A DNA stretch of 64,000 nucleotides, from assembly GCF_004010195.1 (NCBI RefSeq), contig NC_057728.1:47349305-47413304 (forward strand), in the 5' to 3' direction. Under the pieces are notes generated by a model that saw only the letters and a program-made list of their open reading frames with translations, was not told the origin of the DNA and made no database searches. The stretch is from Chiloscyllium plagiosum. Taxonomy: Eukaryota. Made by a program: the position numbers and the translations under genes. The stretch's first letter is position 1. Each line of letters starts with the position of its first letter. Shown here piece by piece: positions 13,144-27,488 of this stretch.

Positions 13144-13362
13144 AGATTAGAGTAATGCTGGAAAAGCACAGCAGGTCAGGCAGCATTCCGAGGAGCAGGA
13201 AAATTGACGTTTTGGGCAAAAGCCCTTCAAGATTCTTGAAGAAGGGTTTTTGCCTGAAACGTCAATTTTCCTGCTCCTCAGATACTGCCTGACCTGCTGT
13301 GCTTTTCCAGCACTATTCTAAACTTGACTCTAATCTCCAGCATTTGCAGTACTCACTTTCAC
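13144..13362 (+). mobile_element. Palindromic element, family A
   Basis: Inverted arms around ~13230 plus tail. Confidence 0.82.
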
Positions 13363-14966
13363 CTAGCTCTCATGCAGCCAACACACTGTCTAATTCTCCT
13401 ACAGAATTACAAACAATGCTTACAGAATAATTTGTAACAGAAAAGCAAAATGTCCTATAGCATTTGCCATGTATGTTAGGTATGCAAGATATGAATAAAC
13501 TGTTGAAAGCCATCATTTTGCTCAGAATAGAGTTCTTCTTGTATGTACCTTGAGTTCTAATATTGAACAATACTGCTGTAAGTGTCTCAGATCAAATCAA
13601 ATGAAACAATAGCATTGAGAACAATGACAGTTTCTGTTGTTTGTATTATGAAGCATATCATCATTGAGAAGTCATCTCAAGATTAACGTAAAGACCATGA
13701 CCATTATTGTTTCTCAATAAAGCATCCTCATGATGTATTAATGACCCGTCACTAAGGATTGTCATTTGCAACAAAAAAAAGGAATTGACTGCACTCACAA
13801 GTAGGTTGGATAATGTTATCCTATTTTTTTTAATTTTTTTTTCTGAACAGCGGTTATAATTCTGATGTTTACACATTGAGAAACAGCTGGTTTTTTTTAA
13901 TTGGCAAAGGACAAAGGAACAATCTGTCAGTGGTGTGATTACTTGAGCTCCTGTCACAATTAAGCAGTTTAAAGCAGACAGTGTTCAGAATGAAAGTTGC
14001 TGAAACACAGATAAGTGACCAATGAGGAGACACATCATGGCTGTGACCAGAAAAAAGCATATGGAATAGAGAACCCATGTCATTACAATTCTGCACTTTT
14101 GAATCAATCATATGTTTTGTACATTTTGAGGCCAGGTCTTATGAGATCCTTTTGGTTTTGTAGTGTAGGGCTCATTATTTATGACCCATGGATTCGTGCT
14201 GTTGTTTTAAGATTGGTCAGATTTTGTTGGATAGCTGTTTTGAAATGCTCAGTGATATCAACAGCTGAGGTTCAATTCCCACACCATCAGAGGTCATCTC
14301 AAAAGGTCCAGTCTTTTCAATCCCACCCCTCACCTGACGTTAGGCAACCGTCAGGTTAAACTTACTACCATTGTCTCTCTTTCTTTGATGAGAAAACAGC
14401 CCTCAGGCCCTATGGAACTGTGATGACTACGAATTGATCAGCCAATGATGAAGAAGGCTCGGTTCAATTGCTTCCTATTGTTTGATAAGTCAATTGCATC
14501 ATAGCTCATGTTGCACTAAATATCTGTTCTGTGGGCTTGATTTTGAATGTTCATTCTCAACCATCATTCAGATTTGGTTGCCTCTTTGAACCAATGTTTG
14601 GAGTAATGTAAACTAACCAGATAGGACAAGGGGAAATTAGTTATCACAGGAAAATATCAAAGTGCAAAAGAAAAACAATGTGGATCCTAGAAATCCAAAA
14701 TAAACCAAAAAGTACTGGAAATACACAGCATCTGTGGTTAGAAAAGTAGAAAGGTCATTCCTGAAACATTAACTGCTTCTCTCTCTCTCTCCAAATGGTG
14801 CTAAATCAACTGAGTGTTTCCAGCATTTTCCATTTCTGATTTCCTTTGTACATCAAAATTATTGCCATCATGTAGGAAAGTTTCACATTAGTGACATTAG
14901 GAAATACACTTCTAGAGTGCCACATTCAATCTGTGTATGTACTGAGGAGCAGTTAAGACATAATTT

Positions 14967-15268
14967 GGGGTGACATGGTGGCTCAATGTTTAGTACTGCT
15001 GCCTCACAGTGTCAGGGATCCAGACTTGGTTCCAGCCCATGTAGAGTTTGCACATTCTCCCCATGTCTGCGTGGGTTTCCTCCAGGTGCTCTGGTTTCTT
15101 CCCGCAGCCCAACGATGTGCAGGTTAGGTGGGTTGGTCATGCTAAATTGCCTGTTGTGGCCAGGGATGTGTAGGCAGAGTTACAGGGATAAAGTTGGATG
15201 CTGTTTGGAAAGTCAGCGTGGACTCGATGGACTGAACAGCCTGCTTCCACAGTGTGTGGATTCAATGA
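14967..15268 (+). mobile_element. HE1-type (V-SINE) tRNA-derived SINE
   Basis: Head GGTGGCTCA..G.TTAG.ACTGCTGCCTCACAG and V-domain GAGTTTGCACATTCTCCCC.TGTCTGCGTGGGTTTCCTCC. Confidence 0.88.
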
Positions 15269-15280
15269 AATAGGACAATG

Positions 15281-15286
15281 TTTATT
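15281..15286 (-). terminator. Candidate TPH2 polyadenylation signal AATAAA
   Basis: First minus-strand AATAAA I found after the stop codon (~590 nt 3' UTR). Confidence 0.4.
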
Positions 15287-15873
15287 TGAAAATAATTCAT
15301 ATTTAAGAAATAGCAACAACCTAAGAAAGATTTGATCATAAACTCACCCTACGGTGTGTTCTTTTACAATTGTATGAGTTCAATTACCAGAATAAGTTCA
15401 GAGAGGGACATCCTTTATATCACAGTGATTTAAAAACAAATACAAAGTCTACTTATCTCACAAGTTTGAGATCATCAGTTATTCCTGACATCATTCTAAA
15501 ATTACCATTGGTCAGTTGTTAATTCTGCTAGTTTTCAAAGAGAAATCATTAGGTCAATGGATTTGTAACTTTCCCTTTCAAATGAAATCAGGTCCAACTT
15601 GAGACAGCCATTGATATTGAAGTTATTCTAGGAACAGTGATATTTGTCTCTTATTTTGTGCATTTCACTGTCAAGTTCATGCAGAATTGCCTGGGTTTTC
15701 CACCATATTCTTTGTGTCTTAAGGCTGTGGAGCACACCCAAGAGCAGCATAAGCTTTACTGAAACATCCAAGTAAGTTACTAATTAGAGAGCAGATTACA
15801 CCATAGTGCCATTAGTGTCATTTCTCCAAGCAGCTTGTACATCAATATCAGCATTAGATCTATGTGCAAATAA

Positions 15874-16048
15874 TCAAATTCCTGACTGTTTGCCCATTTT
15901 GGATAAAGCATCACACACTGTGCCAAGTTTATTCTGGACGTCTTGAACAACTTTTTCAATGCTTTTGATATCCTTGAGGATTTCAACGCTTTGGGTGTAA
16001 GGGTTGTAGAGTATAGAGTACGGGCGTTTGACTGATTTGGAAAATTCC
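15874..16048 (-). CDS. TPH2: TPH2 exon 11 coding part ([26 protein letters not shown]...[14 protein letters not shown])
   Basis: YNPYTQS motif and C-terminal tetramerisation helix ending in GI, as in human TPH2. Acceptor ttcttccAG, TGA at 15876-15874; 175 nt. Confidence 0.96.
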
Positions 16049-17186
16049 CTGGAAGAATAAACAAAAAATGTATAGTTTGTAATAAAGCAGAGTTAGAATT
16101 GCATCCAAAATGATTTCACAAAGAATATCAGGTAGCAGGAATACAGGAAAATAGGAAGCATAGAATGAGAAAATGTAACTGGTCCCATAAAGCTCAGTTC
16201 TTTCACAGACCATCCACAGTTTTCTCTGTGGACTCTTTCTCACCTGCTTAAATCTCCTAAAAAAAAGTCCCTCAATTCGTAAAGGTAATTTGGCAAAAAT
16301 CTAATACTGATTTGTATGAAATATATTTATTCACAGGCTGTGGCAGTCACAAGAAAGCCCAGCATTTATTACCAATCCCTAGTTTCCCATTAGAAGGAGA
16401 AAGTAAGTGAGCTTCCTCCTTGAACTGCTGTACTCTGTGAAATAGGCAAGGTAGTCTTGCCATTCAAGGAGGTGATGTTCTTGAACAACTTTGCAGATTT
16501 GAATTGCAAGCCTATTATACAATGGGAGTCAATTGGATGGGTTCAAACCATCATAAGATTTGATACATATAAGTTAAAATACAAATTAAAACAATGTAAA
16601 ATACAAATTTTAAAAATGTCCTGATGGAAAAATTTTAAAATATGCATATAAAATTTGTCATATAAAATTACCAATGAAATGATAATAACAATGAATGCTC
16701 ACATGCAAATACTTCAGCACAGACAATGCACATTCACTGTGCACATTCTAGTCCAGGTTTTACAGCATAGCACATCATGAATATCAATCAGATACTTGAT
16801 TTAGGCATTTTTCATTTGTCTGATACTTTCTCAGTTCTTTTTCTTCTAAAAACTGCAAATAAGTGAACCTTGAACCCTCGATGGACAAAATGCTGTATAA
16901 AATGTTTTGAGAATTCACAGCTGAGTTTCACTCTCCACATACAATGCTGTTTGGAAGGGGCTTTCCAGGATTTTTACTCAGCAAAAGGTGAACATTCAAT
17001 TGCTCTCCAATTCAGGCAGCTACCCTTCAAGGATACCAGATCCTTCGCCACAGTTGAGAACAATTCTGTCCTACAAACGATTAGCAGCTACACCCTCTCA
17101 CTGCTAAACATGAAATTATCTCCCCAAGGACCCTATCTTTCCGATTGATCAATAACTATGCACAAACAAAAAAATTAAGGAGAGAT

Positions 17187-17516
17187 GTGGCAGAGTCACT
17201 AGACTAGTAATCTAGAACCCCAGACTAACAATTTAGGAACATGGGTTTGAATGCCACCACAGTAGAATTTGAATTCAAGGTAAAACCTGGAATATAAAGC
17301 TCTCTGGATGGTGACCATGTAAACATTGTTGATTGCTGTAAAAAAAAATCTGATCCACTTAATGCCTTTTAAAAGGACATGAAACTGTCATCTATACCCG
17401 TTATCTCTCCAGATTCATAGGAATGTAATTGACACTTAAGTGTCCTCTGGGCAATTGAGGGGCAATAAATACTGACTTAGCCAATCACACCTTAATATCA
17501 TGAGTAAATAAAAAAA
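17187..17516 (+). mobile_element. tRNA-head SINE sharing its 3' tail with the second LINE family
   Basis: A/B-box-like head (GTGGC...GGTTTGAATGCC) and tail GGCAATAAATACTGAC..AGCCA. Related copies at ~34800-35140 (-) and ~51555-51770 (+). Confidence 0.6.
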
Positions 17517-17697
17517 AGGCTACTAGAGTTCAAAAGCCAATTGAAAGCCTCTCCCCTCCCCCAAAAAAACCATACTTTGACCATAGATTTTCTTTGATAG
17601 AGAGACTTTCTGCACTAGCAACATTTTGCTAGCTGAAGATCACTGCTGTTTGTCTTATGTCTGTACATATAAAGGGATGAGAGAGAAAACATGTAAA

Positions 17698-17862
17698 GAT
17701 TAGATTAGATTACTTAGTGTGGAAACAGGCCCTTCGGCCCAACAAGTCCACACCGACCCTCCGAAGAGCAACCCATCCAGACACATTCCCCTACATTTAC
17801 CCCTTCACCTAACACTACCGACAATTTAGCATGGCCAATTCACCTAACCTGCACATTTTTGG
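17698..17862 (-). mobile_element. HE1-type SINE, 3' half
   Basis: Reverse complement of the HE1 tail with (TAATC)n end. Confidence 0.85.
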
Positions 17863-19639
17863 AATGATCATTTCCTGCATTTGTCAAACACAGAAATTTG
17901 ATGAACAGACTGATGGTCAACAAGAAGATAGATTACAAACACATTCAAACACACAGTAATGTTTAACTTTAGTTATGAGAGATAAATTTCAATTAAGAAT
18001 GAATTGGATTTCACTCCAACTGATTCATCAGATCTGTAACCACACCACCTGGTGGATTAAAAGGAGAGTAGTGCATCAGTATCCATGAGAATAATTACAC
18101 AGCAGACCAGACCTTTCTCACTGTAAAAATACAGAGATTAGGAATAACTTCTGCTGGAGGAAGGAGAAAAATATAAAGAAGTAGCAACTCTCAAAATCAA
18201 TTTAACTTTAATGATTTAATGAACAATTCCACAAAAACAACAGGTTACACCTTTTCTTTAGCTGAGAAGTAATTTTCTTAAGTCGCTGAGTTGATCGGGC
18301 TGGTAGTTTTGCTGAATAGCTGATAATAAATTAGTGTAATCTGTGACAAACAACACAGAAACAGCTCCTCAAAACTATTCAATTAGATCATGCCTGATCT
18401 AGCTTCAAAGACCTATCTTTGCCCTACATCTCTTAATGACTTTAGATAATAAAATTCTCATTTTTTGGATTAGTGGTGCTGGAAGAGCACAGCAGTTCAG
18501 GCAGCATCCGAGGAGCAGTAATAAAATTCTCAGTCACTTTTAAAATTAATATGACTTCAATTGCTATTTGTAGAAGAGAATTATAAACTTGGTTTGAGAC
18601 TTCCGAACCGGCTTTCTCCCTGTTCTGTTTATTTCCATTAGTATCTTGAAAATTTGCCCCTTGACTTTTTAAATTCTGGAGAACATAAGCCTAATAAATA
18701 TGTAATTCTCCTTATAGTTAACCCCTGAAGCAGAGGTATCATTGTCATTAATCACTGCTGTATTCTCTTCAAAGGCCAGTATAGATTTTCTAATGGTAGG
18801 TACTCAGAACTGGTCTCCTATTCGGGGTGGGGTATATAAAGCAACCTGCATCCCCTTATTCTGTGGTTCTCTAGATATAAAGGACAGCAATCCATTCGCC
18901 TTTAGAATCTTGTTTTAGTACTATGCACCTCAACTCCCAAGTGTCTTTGCACTTCCACTATTTCTAGTTTCGGCCCTTTGAGGGTGTACCATTCTACCCT
19001 TTAGGGCTAACTTATATTGGTTTACATTGAAATCCATTTCTTCCCAGTTTGTTCATTTACTTAAAAGTATCAGTAGCTATTTTGTAATTTTATGCTAAGA
19101 CATGATTTTCTTAATTCTTGATCAAACACTGAATTTATGAGTCGGGAATTTTTTGTAATTCTATCTGCAGTGACACCTATCTTGACATTTTCAGTAAACT
19201 TGGACAGATGCCTTTTTTCTATCCCATCACAGCCATTAATAAATATGGTTGCTGTTTGAAGCTCCACACAGATTGACGAGAGCCACAATTAGTCAGATCT
19301 TGCTAATGAGTTTACAATCCCATCATACCTATTTATACATACTGTCTCCCCCTACTCAACCAACATCCTCATCAGGTCAACGATTTTCTATCAACTCCAG
19401 GGGCTTCAATTTTAACTTCCATTCTTTTGAAGAGCTAAATATTGGCTGGTAGCCCATGTAACTAAAATCCATTGGCATTCCCCTATTCTCTATTAAAGTC
19501 AACTTTTCAAAATATTCAATGAAGTATGTCTGGCATGAACTAGTCTTGAATTCGACCATTCATTGTCATGAAGCAATGGTACAGGGTAAAGAGAGGGGCA
19601 GAGTATAATTGTAATCATCATCATCAAAGTTGGGGAGTG

Positions 19640-20117
19640 CAGAAAATATTTCCAAGGATGTTGCCGTGGTTGGAGAATTTGAGATATAGAGCGAGGCTGG
19701 GATAATTTTCCCTCGAGCGTCAAAGGCTGAGAGGTGACCTTACAGAGGTTTATAAAATCATGAGGGGTATGAATAGAGTGAATAGCCAAAGTCTTTTACC
19801 TAGGGTAGGGGGGTCCAAAACTAGAGGGCATAGGTTTAAGGTGAGAGGTCCCTTTCTAAACATCTTTCCCCGAAGTGGCAACTTTTTTCATGCAGAGGGC
19901 GGTGCGTGTATGGAATGAGCTGCCAGAGGAAGCAGTGGAGGCTGGTACAATTACAACATTTAAAAGGCATCTGGAATGGTTTATGAATAGGATGGGTTGA
20001 GGGGGAAATGGGCCAAATATTGGCAAAAAGGATTACATTAATTTAGAATATCTGGTCGGCATGGACTAGTTGGACCAAAGTGTCTGTTTCCATGCTGTAC
20101 AACTCTAGGACTCTATG
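19640..20117 (+). mobile_element. CR1/HER1-type LINE 3' fragment
   Basis: Same family; ends ...GACTCTATGA. Confidence 0.88.
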
Positions 20118-21399
20118 AATAGTGGCTCATCATTGCTTAATAATTGAAAGAGAGCCCAGCAAATTCTCCAGTTACTACTGGGCAGAGATAGTGAAAACAC
20201 TTGGTGCATTCATGACCACTTCCAAAGAATCAAGTTGTATAAATTCACAGTTTTTCATCAGAAAACTACAAATTAGACAGACTTTTACACCAGGCATACA
20301 GAATGCAAGTTCTGAAAATGCACATTGATAATTCTAGCCTCAAAGACAAAGCATTCTGTAAGACTTTCCACATATGAATAGTGTCCAAATTCCTGATGTG
20401 CACTCCCAACTTCCTAAACGATGTCAAGAACACATTACAAAGTGCATTTACTAATGTAAAAGAGGGAGAGATAGTACTCTAATTTCATAAGTAGTGGAGG
20501 AAAATCTCTTCAAGTTGCTTCATGTAACAAAGGAAACTGATTTCAATTCTCCTTATTCCTGTATACCATGATTAAACTGTTTCATAGGTTTTTGATTATT
20601 CTTTTAGAAGGAAAAAAAAGCAGTAAAACGTATGGATGACACATACAGCTCTCAATCATCTTGTATACTTCAAAATGGTATTCCAATATGACCAGTGTAT
20701 TCATTTCCAAGTATTACTGGTTTTTCATCAGTCTTCCCCTGGGGATAGTGCTGAAAGTGCAAGACTGTGAAGCACATTTAGCAAGTAGCAAAACTCGCAA
20801 TGTGTCAACATCCATTGATTCTCCAAACTGCATCATTAATCATCCATAGTAAATTCCCAATGCAGTCTGGAGCTGCTGAAGGTGCAAATTCATTGGAATA
20901 TATAAAAGAGCTTGAATTTACAAATCTTATAGGCTGTTCCAACAAAAATGTGCAGGGATAAAATTCTGGCTAAACTTAAATCAGCACTTGAAAGCAACTC
21001 CAGGTCAGCTTTGTAGGTGCTGCTGGATGTAGGAAAACAATGGAGGGTTTCCCTCACCGTCCTCTGCCTAGACACATTACTACAACTGCTACACTCCTAC
21101 TACACTTTATTGGTGGTTGTGGAAACTGTCAGATGAAACCAAGTCTTTCTTTCATTTTAGGCAAGTCGTGGTCACCAATGGGAGCTGACCTGACCTCCCC
21201 ACTCCACCATCTTGACGCAAGAGTGACAACTGCAGTCCTTCAGTGGGTTGGTACCTGTGTAGGATGGTGAGAGACTACATCAGCTAGAATGAACTCAATC
21301 AAAAAACATAACCATACATGGGCTCTTCACCCAATAAACCCTTAAAATACAGAATTGTGTACACTTGAGAGAGTGTACTGAATGGGTGCAAGGTGAGGC

Positions 21400-22085
21400 A
21401 GCCAATAGCAAAGAGAGGGTTGGTATAGGCAAAGTTGCTCAGCCTGAGCGTGACCCCCACATTCTCATACACCCACCATCACCAGCCCACACAGAATACA
21501 CCGAGCCAGTGTTTAGATATGGTGTACTCTTCTCCCTCTCAGGCACTGGTTGGAACCACATTAATCCCAGCAGGTGGAAAGCAATGGATCACGCTCTGGA
21601 CTGGTGCCTTATATATGGTGAACAAGACAGAGTTATACATTGCAGAATTCCCAGCTCTTGCAGTCAATGTTTATATGGCTTGTCTAATTAACTTTCTGAT
21701 CAACTGCATTTCTGTAGTATGAATATTACTTTCCATTTATCAGTCCAAGCCCAAATGTTGCTCAGATCTTGTTAAATGTAGTGAGTATCTGGGGAGTGCA
21801 AATGGTATTGAACACTGCAATAATCAGCAAGCGTACCTCACTTCTGACTTTATGCTAAAGGCAGTGTTATTAATGAAGCATCTGATAATATTTGGACCTT
21901 GTATCCTACCCGAAAGGAATTCCTGCAGAAATGTTCCAAGACTGAGATTGACCTCCAACAATGTCAACCATTTAACTTTGTGCTGGGTATGACTCCAAGC
22001 AATGGAAGGTTCTCCCCAGATTCCAACTGACTGGAGGAATTTCATGGCTCTTTGATGTCACACTCTGTCAAATGCTGCCTTAGAG
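21400..22085 (-). mobile_element. Second LINE family, decayed RT region
   Basis: Degenerate GP.I..CFIN...IKSEV..A motif. Related pieces at ~36380-36990, 45240-45730 and 56820-57290. Confidence 0.65.
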
Positions 22086-23613
22086 GAGGGCAACAGTCAG
22101 ACTTTGTACTTACCTTTCAAAAGGCTCCTAAATTCAGACCATGATTCAGAACTTCTAAGGAGCCATGAATCATGAGTCAGGGAGAAGCTGGTCTGACCCT
22201 ATAAATACTGGGGGAGTATAGGAAATGGCTAACTACACAATGGAGCGGACTAGCTCAGGAGTGTTACGTGAAGCCTTATCCCACAACAGTGATAATTGTT
22301 GGTGTCATAAATGGAGTGAGAATCAGAAAGTCTGAAATTGCTCACCATGTTTGGCTTTGGAGCTATCCTGACTCTATAAACCTGGCCACGAGTCTTTCAC
22401 CAATGTTTTCATGTGAAATTTTCCAATCAATTCTGAAGATAAACTGAAATGTTTTGGAGGTCAGAATAAATAATTAAATGGTGCAATTTAAAGGGTAGCA
22501 AGTGAATAAAAAATGGGAGCAACCAAAACAACCTTTCCTTTTCTTATGCAATTTCACTCTTTGAAATGTGGGGAAAATAACAAACCATATTGTCTGTTCT
22601 TCACATAGGCCGACTTCCTTGCTGTCACCAGTATCTTAATTTCCAGACAATTTCTCACTGCAAAACAAAAAACTGGACTTCCTTAAATTTAACTTTGAGC
22701 TCTGGGTTCCTTATGTACACCTCAGTCTCTTGTTCAACACCTGACTGTCCATGTTTCACATTGTCCGTTCTCTACATCACCAGGAGGATAGTAATGGCAG
22801 CAACCTCTTCTCTGTGCAATTATTCACCAGTAGTTTTGTCAAACTAGCTAGTGCCCTTCCCTTTAGAAATAGTTTAAAAAGGACATGGCTCACTATTCTG
22901 CAAAAATATGGAACTATTCAGGTAAGGGGGCCTGAATGTGACAATAGTCATTCCTGTTTTTTTTAAAACAGACCATAGACTATAACAAACAGATTTCTCT
23001 AGCTTTATCTGCAAGACCAGTCTGAGCTTTTCTAACACTTGCTTGAACTCACTTTACTTTCAAGCATTGTACTTATAAGTATAGCTCTAATCCAAATCCT
23101 TCACAAAAAGTCAAAAATAATCAAAAAATATCTAAACATAAGCAAATTGGATATATAGACTGTGCTCCCCAGTCTTTCTATTAATCAGAAAGAGAATTCT
23201 ACAAATTAACTCTCACCCGAGACACCTGTATCTCTCCCAGTCATAATTCACAAAGTTGTTTACTATGCCCAAGCCACACAAAGTAATAACAGCAAATATT
23301 GATGTATTTCTTGTGTTTACTGTTTCTATTCTGAATTTCTAACATTTTTTCTTTTACATCATAATTGGCATCCTTGGAAGTGACCCATGGGTGTTGTCAC
23401 AGTATCTCATTTTTGACAACATATACTCATAAGGGTCCAGTAGTTGTACCTAATTATGGTTTGCTTAGCATCAGTGCAAACAGTGTCTTCAGGAAAAGGA
23501 ATAGAACTGTGATTTCACTCCTTTCACAGTAAATGTTTGGCAATCCTCAATGTCATTTTATTCACATTGGTGATCGTGCCAAGTAATTTTCAAGCCAAGT
23601 TTGCAATATTACG

Positions 23614-23632
23614 TAGGTAGGTAGGTAGGTAG
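23614..23632 (+). repeat. (GTAG)n microsatellite
   Basis: About five GTAG units. Confidence 0.8.
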
Positions 23633-24239
23633 AAAGGACGAAAGGAACGAAAGAATCGCAATTAGATTTAAGACAGCTGGTGCTCCCTGAAACTTATTGA
23701 CAGACCTGCAGTACCAACCACTTATATCATGCATATTTATTGGGACCAGCCATCTAAATTATGCAACTAGCATTAACCATTTTCCAATACAGATTTCAAT
23801 TCCAAAGTAACCAGATACTACATGAGAAATACTACAGATTTTTCAAGCAGTGGTGAACCATTGTGATATTGCAACTAGTGTATAAAATGTATCTCCTGAC
23901 TAACTTAGTGTTCATCATTCCAATATATTCTTAGACTTCTGATGCAATTGCTTTCAGTCTGATCACTTTGTACCATCATTAGCAACCAAACCTTATGGTG
24001 GCTAAAGTGTGTTAACAGTAAGTTGCTAGCAGTGAGCACCAAGGTCTATGGTAACAATGTTCAATGGGTTCTATTGATATTACTGCTGTTATTGTTGTTA
24101 ATCTAATGGATGCTAATGAGCTTATTTTACACCTCTATTAATACAACAAAGGAAAGACTATACAAATGCAGATGTTGAGCATTTGTCTATTCATGGTAAG
24201 TCAGTTGTAGACTTTAGAAGGGAAAAAAAAATGACTTGC

Positions 24240-24373
24240 CTCATTTTGTTTTTGGCCTCCTCAAAACTTTCTGACAAAAAATAAGCTTCCTGGAAGGTGG
24301 TGATGAGGCATTCCTGTGTGCAGGTTGTCTTTGGATCAAAGGGTTTCACAATTGCTTTGTCTGACAGTGCATG
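24240..24373 (-). CDS. TPH2: TPH2 exon 10 ([44 protein letters not shown])
   Basis: Acceptor gtcacAG, non-canonical donor AG|GCAAGT; 134 nt; phase 2 fits exon 11. Confidence 0.95.
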
Positions 24374-24458
24374 CTGTGACAGAGAGTTACAAGTAAAACC
24401 GAAGTCACTCAATTATCAGCTACAAGCATATCTCATTGGAAATTGAAGAAAACATTTA

Positions 24459-24593
<135 letters not shown>

Positions 24594-25764
24594 TCAATTA
24601 GACAGACTGCTGTGAATGCTTATAATTCCTGTTTAATTCAATAGTCCATCAACCATCTAATGAATACTACACTGGATGTTTTTCAATATACTGCATAACA
24701 AGAAAAGTAAATAGTTTCACCTGCAGGCTCTTGTGGCAATTTAAGCAACTGGACATTGTAAAGTACATCATCTATCCCACTGCTAGGTAACAGTAACTGT
24801 GGCAACGACATTCTCTCTATCACTAACCAGCTTAACTCTGAATCACCAGAACTAAAGCAGTTGATCACTAACCTGGATAATTACCAAGGTTCTTTTAAAA
24901 TCAAATTTGCAAATGTAAAGTAGTCAGACCTAAATAATCCAGATCAGTTTGTTAATAGGCAATGATTATCAAGAAAATTATTTAAAAATTCTTTTATAAA
25001 GAGATTGTCATGTAAAACAATTTAGACAAGGCTTTTCAAAGTTATAATTCATTCTTCCTTATTGATCTTAAAAACAGCAGCATATAGCAATCTTACAAGT
25101 TGAATTCTTAATAATATGTCTTAGAATCACAGCACTGCACAGCATAGAAAGAACCATTTGGTCCATCAACTCGCACTGACTCTTTCCAAAAAAACAAACC
25201 GGTTAGTCTCCCATCTCTGCTTACTACTTGATTTACATATATTCGCAGGACGCAGACATCACTGACAGGGTCAACATTTATTGCCATTGAGATGGTAGTG
25301 GTAAGCTGACATCTTAGACCATTGTAGCTCATGTGACATAGGGCCACCTATGGTGCTGTTAAGAAGATATGTGAAGTAGACAGACCAGAACAGAAGGAAC
25401 CCTTTATTTGAACCCAATATTCAACCATTCTTTGCAAACATCTGGATCAATTCATATTTAAATGATATTTTTTCCTAACATTTGTTTGTGATGACCGCTA
25501 AGACAGTGATTTGAGCTTTAAAAGATCTTTGCAACATACGAAATTTCAGCTGTCTCCAATAATAATTCACAATTTATAAATCACTACTGCAATGTACTAG
25601 TGGAAAGTTGAATTTGTACATCTTGCAAGTTTCCTGAGACATCCTCAGTGAAACGAGGTCAGAAGTATCAAGGCACTGTTAAAGAAGAATAAAAATTTTC
25701 AGATCATATTCTCAAAACTACCAATTTACTCCATTACAAGGTGAGTTAGAACCATCAGAACTGT

Positions 25765-26030
25765 TAGAATAGAATAGAATCCCTACAGTGTGGAAACAGG
25801 CCATTTCGCCGAACAAGTCCACACCAACCCACCGAAGAGTAACCCACCTAGGCCTATTCCCCTACCCTATTAATTTTACATTTAACCTGACTAAGTCACA
25901 TAGTCTACACATCTCTGAACAAATGGGCAATTTCGTCTGGCCAATGTGGACAGCACGGTGGCACAGTGGGCGGCATGGTGGCACAGTGGTTAGCACTGCT
26001 GCCTCACAGCGCCAGAGACCCAGGTTCCAC
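25765..26030. mobile_element. HE1-type SINE pieces: 3' half on minus (25765-25945) abutting a head on plus (25950-26030)
   Basis: Direct similarity to other HE1 copies in the window. Confidence 0.8.
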
Positions 26031-26051
26031 AAGTAGGCAGCCTGTCTCCCG

Positions 26052-26216
26052 GAACGTTTCAGAGAACACCTCTGCGACACCCGTACCAACCAACCCAACC
26101 GCCCCGTTGCAGAACACTTTAACTCCCCCTCCCACTCCGCCAAGGACATGCAGGTTCTTGGCCTCCTCCATCGCCAGACCATGGCAACATGACGCCTGGA
26201 GGAAGAGCGCCTCATC
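26052..26216 (+). mobile_element. Penelope-like element GIY-YIG endonuclease fragment
   Basis: ERFREHLCDTRTNQPNRPVAEHFNSPSHSAKDMQVLGLLHRQTMAT*RLEEERLI has the R..EH / PVA.HFN / R...E..LI pattern of PLE endonucleases. Followed by a C-rich region and the pseudo-LTR at ~26400-26510. Confidence 0.85.
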
Positions 26217-27488
26217 TCCCTCTCCGGCCTATCACCCTCACCTTAACCCTCACCTTTGCTAGGACAAATGTTCAGCACAACATCGTGGGCCGAAGGGCCT
26301 GTTCTGCGCTGTATTGTTCTATGTTCACCTCCTTCCACCGATCGCATTCCCAACACCCATCCCCCAAGTCCCTCCTCCCTACCTTTTATCTTAGCCTGCT
26401 TGGCACACCTTCCTCATTCCTGAAGAAGGGCTTATGCCCAAAACATCGATTCTCCTGGTTCTTGGATGCTGCCTGACCTGCTGCACTTTTCCAGCAACAC
26501 ATGTTTCAACCCTAGAGCTATGAGGTACAGTGCTAACCATTGCCGTCCCATTGATTATTTGCATTGATTATCTAGGGCTGACGGCCTGAAATTGGAAGTA
26601 TTGATGGGGGGTAGATGAATATGGCTTCAATGAGTCCATTGGAGGAAACTTTTAGCTCATCCAAGTGCTGGTACTAGGATTTCAACAATTTGACAGCAAT
26701 ATTTGGGTTAATTTAACAGTGACAAGGTCGAACTTGGTGCTGCCAGCATACATGAAATAAAATAGATATAGTATACATAGTATCTAATGGCTTTCAAGCT
26801 AAGTTTAAAACTATTTTCGATTTGGTTTGATTGAAGCTTAACAAAATAATCATCTTTCTACCATTAAAGGCTGTGCTTTTCTTTTTTTCTAATCTTCCTT
26901 TTAACCCTCGGAGTTTTTTTGAGCTACCGCCACCTCCACTAATCACTCCCTGATATTCCTAATCAAGTAAAAGACCTTCGCCAATGAGTTACCGTGAGGT
27001 GACCTCCATTTAGTCAAGGCTGACTTTTCCCCATCCCCATGCCCAGTGAGAGTGGTGGCTCATATGAGAGGTTTATCTACTTTTTATCTCTTATAATTCT
27101 TGGAATGTGAGCATTGGTTACAAACATTTATTGCCTTGATCTAACTGCCTTTGTGAGATTAGTGGTGAGCAGCTTTCTTCAACCACTCCAGTCTATCTGG
27201 TGTATGTACTGCTGGGGAGGAAATTGAGGGTTTGACCCAGTGGCAATGAAGGGATGGACAATTATATTGTTGCAAGTCAGGAGGATTTGTTCCTATGTAT
27301 CTGCTGCTTCTGTTCTTCACTGTGGTGGAGGTTGCAGGTTTGGAAGTGTTATGATCCCAGTTATGTTATTACCAGATAATCAAATCCCACACAGGACCAT
27401 AGCTTGACGTATCATATTTTTTGTTTTGTTTTGGCTTAAAAAAGTGGTCTCTTGCTGAAATTTAAGCACACAATGCTGCAGAAATGTA

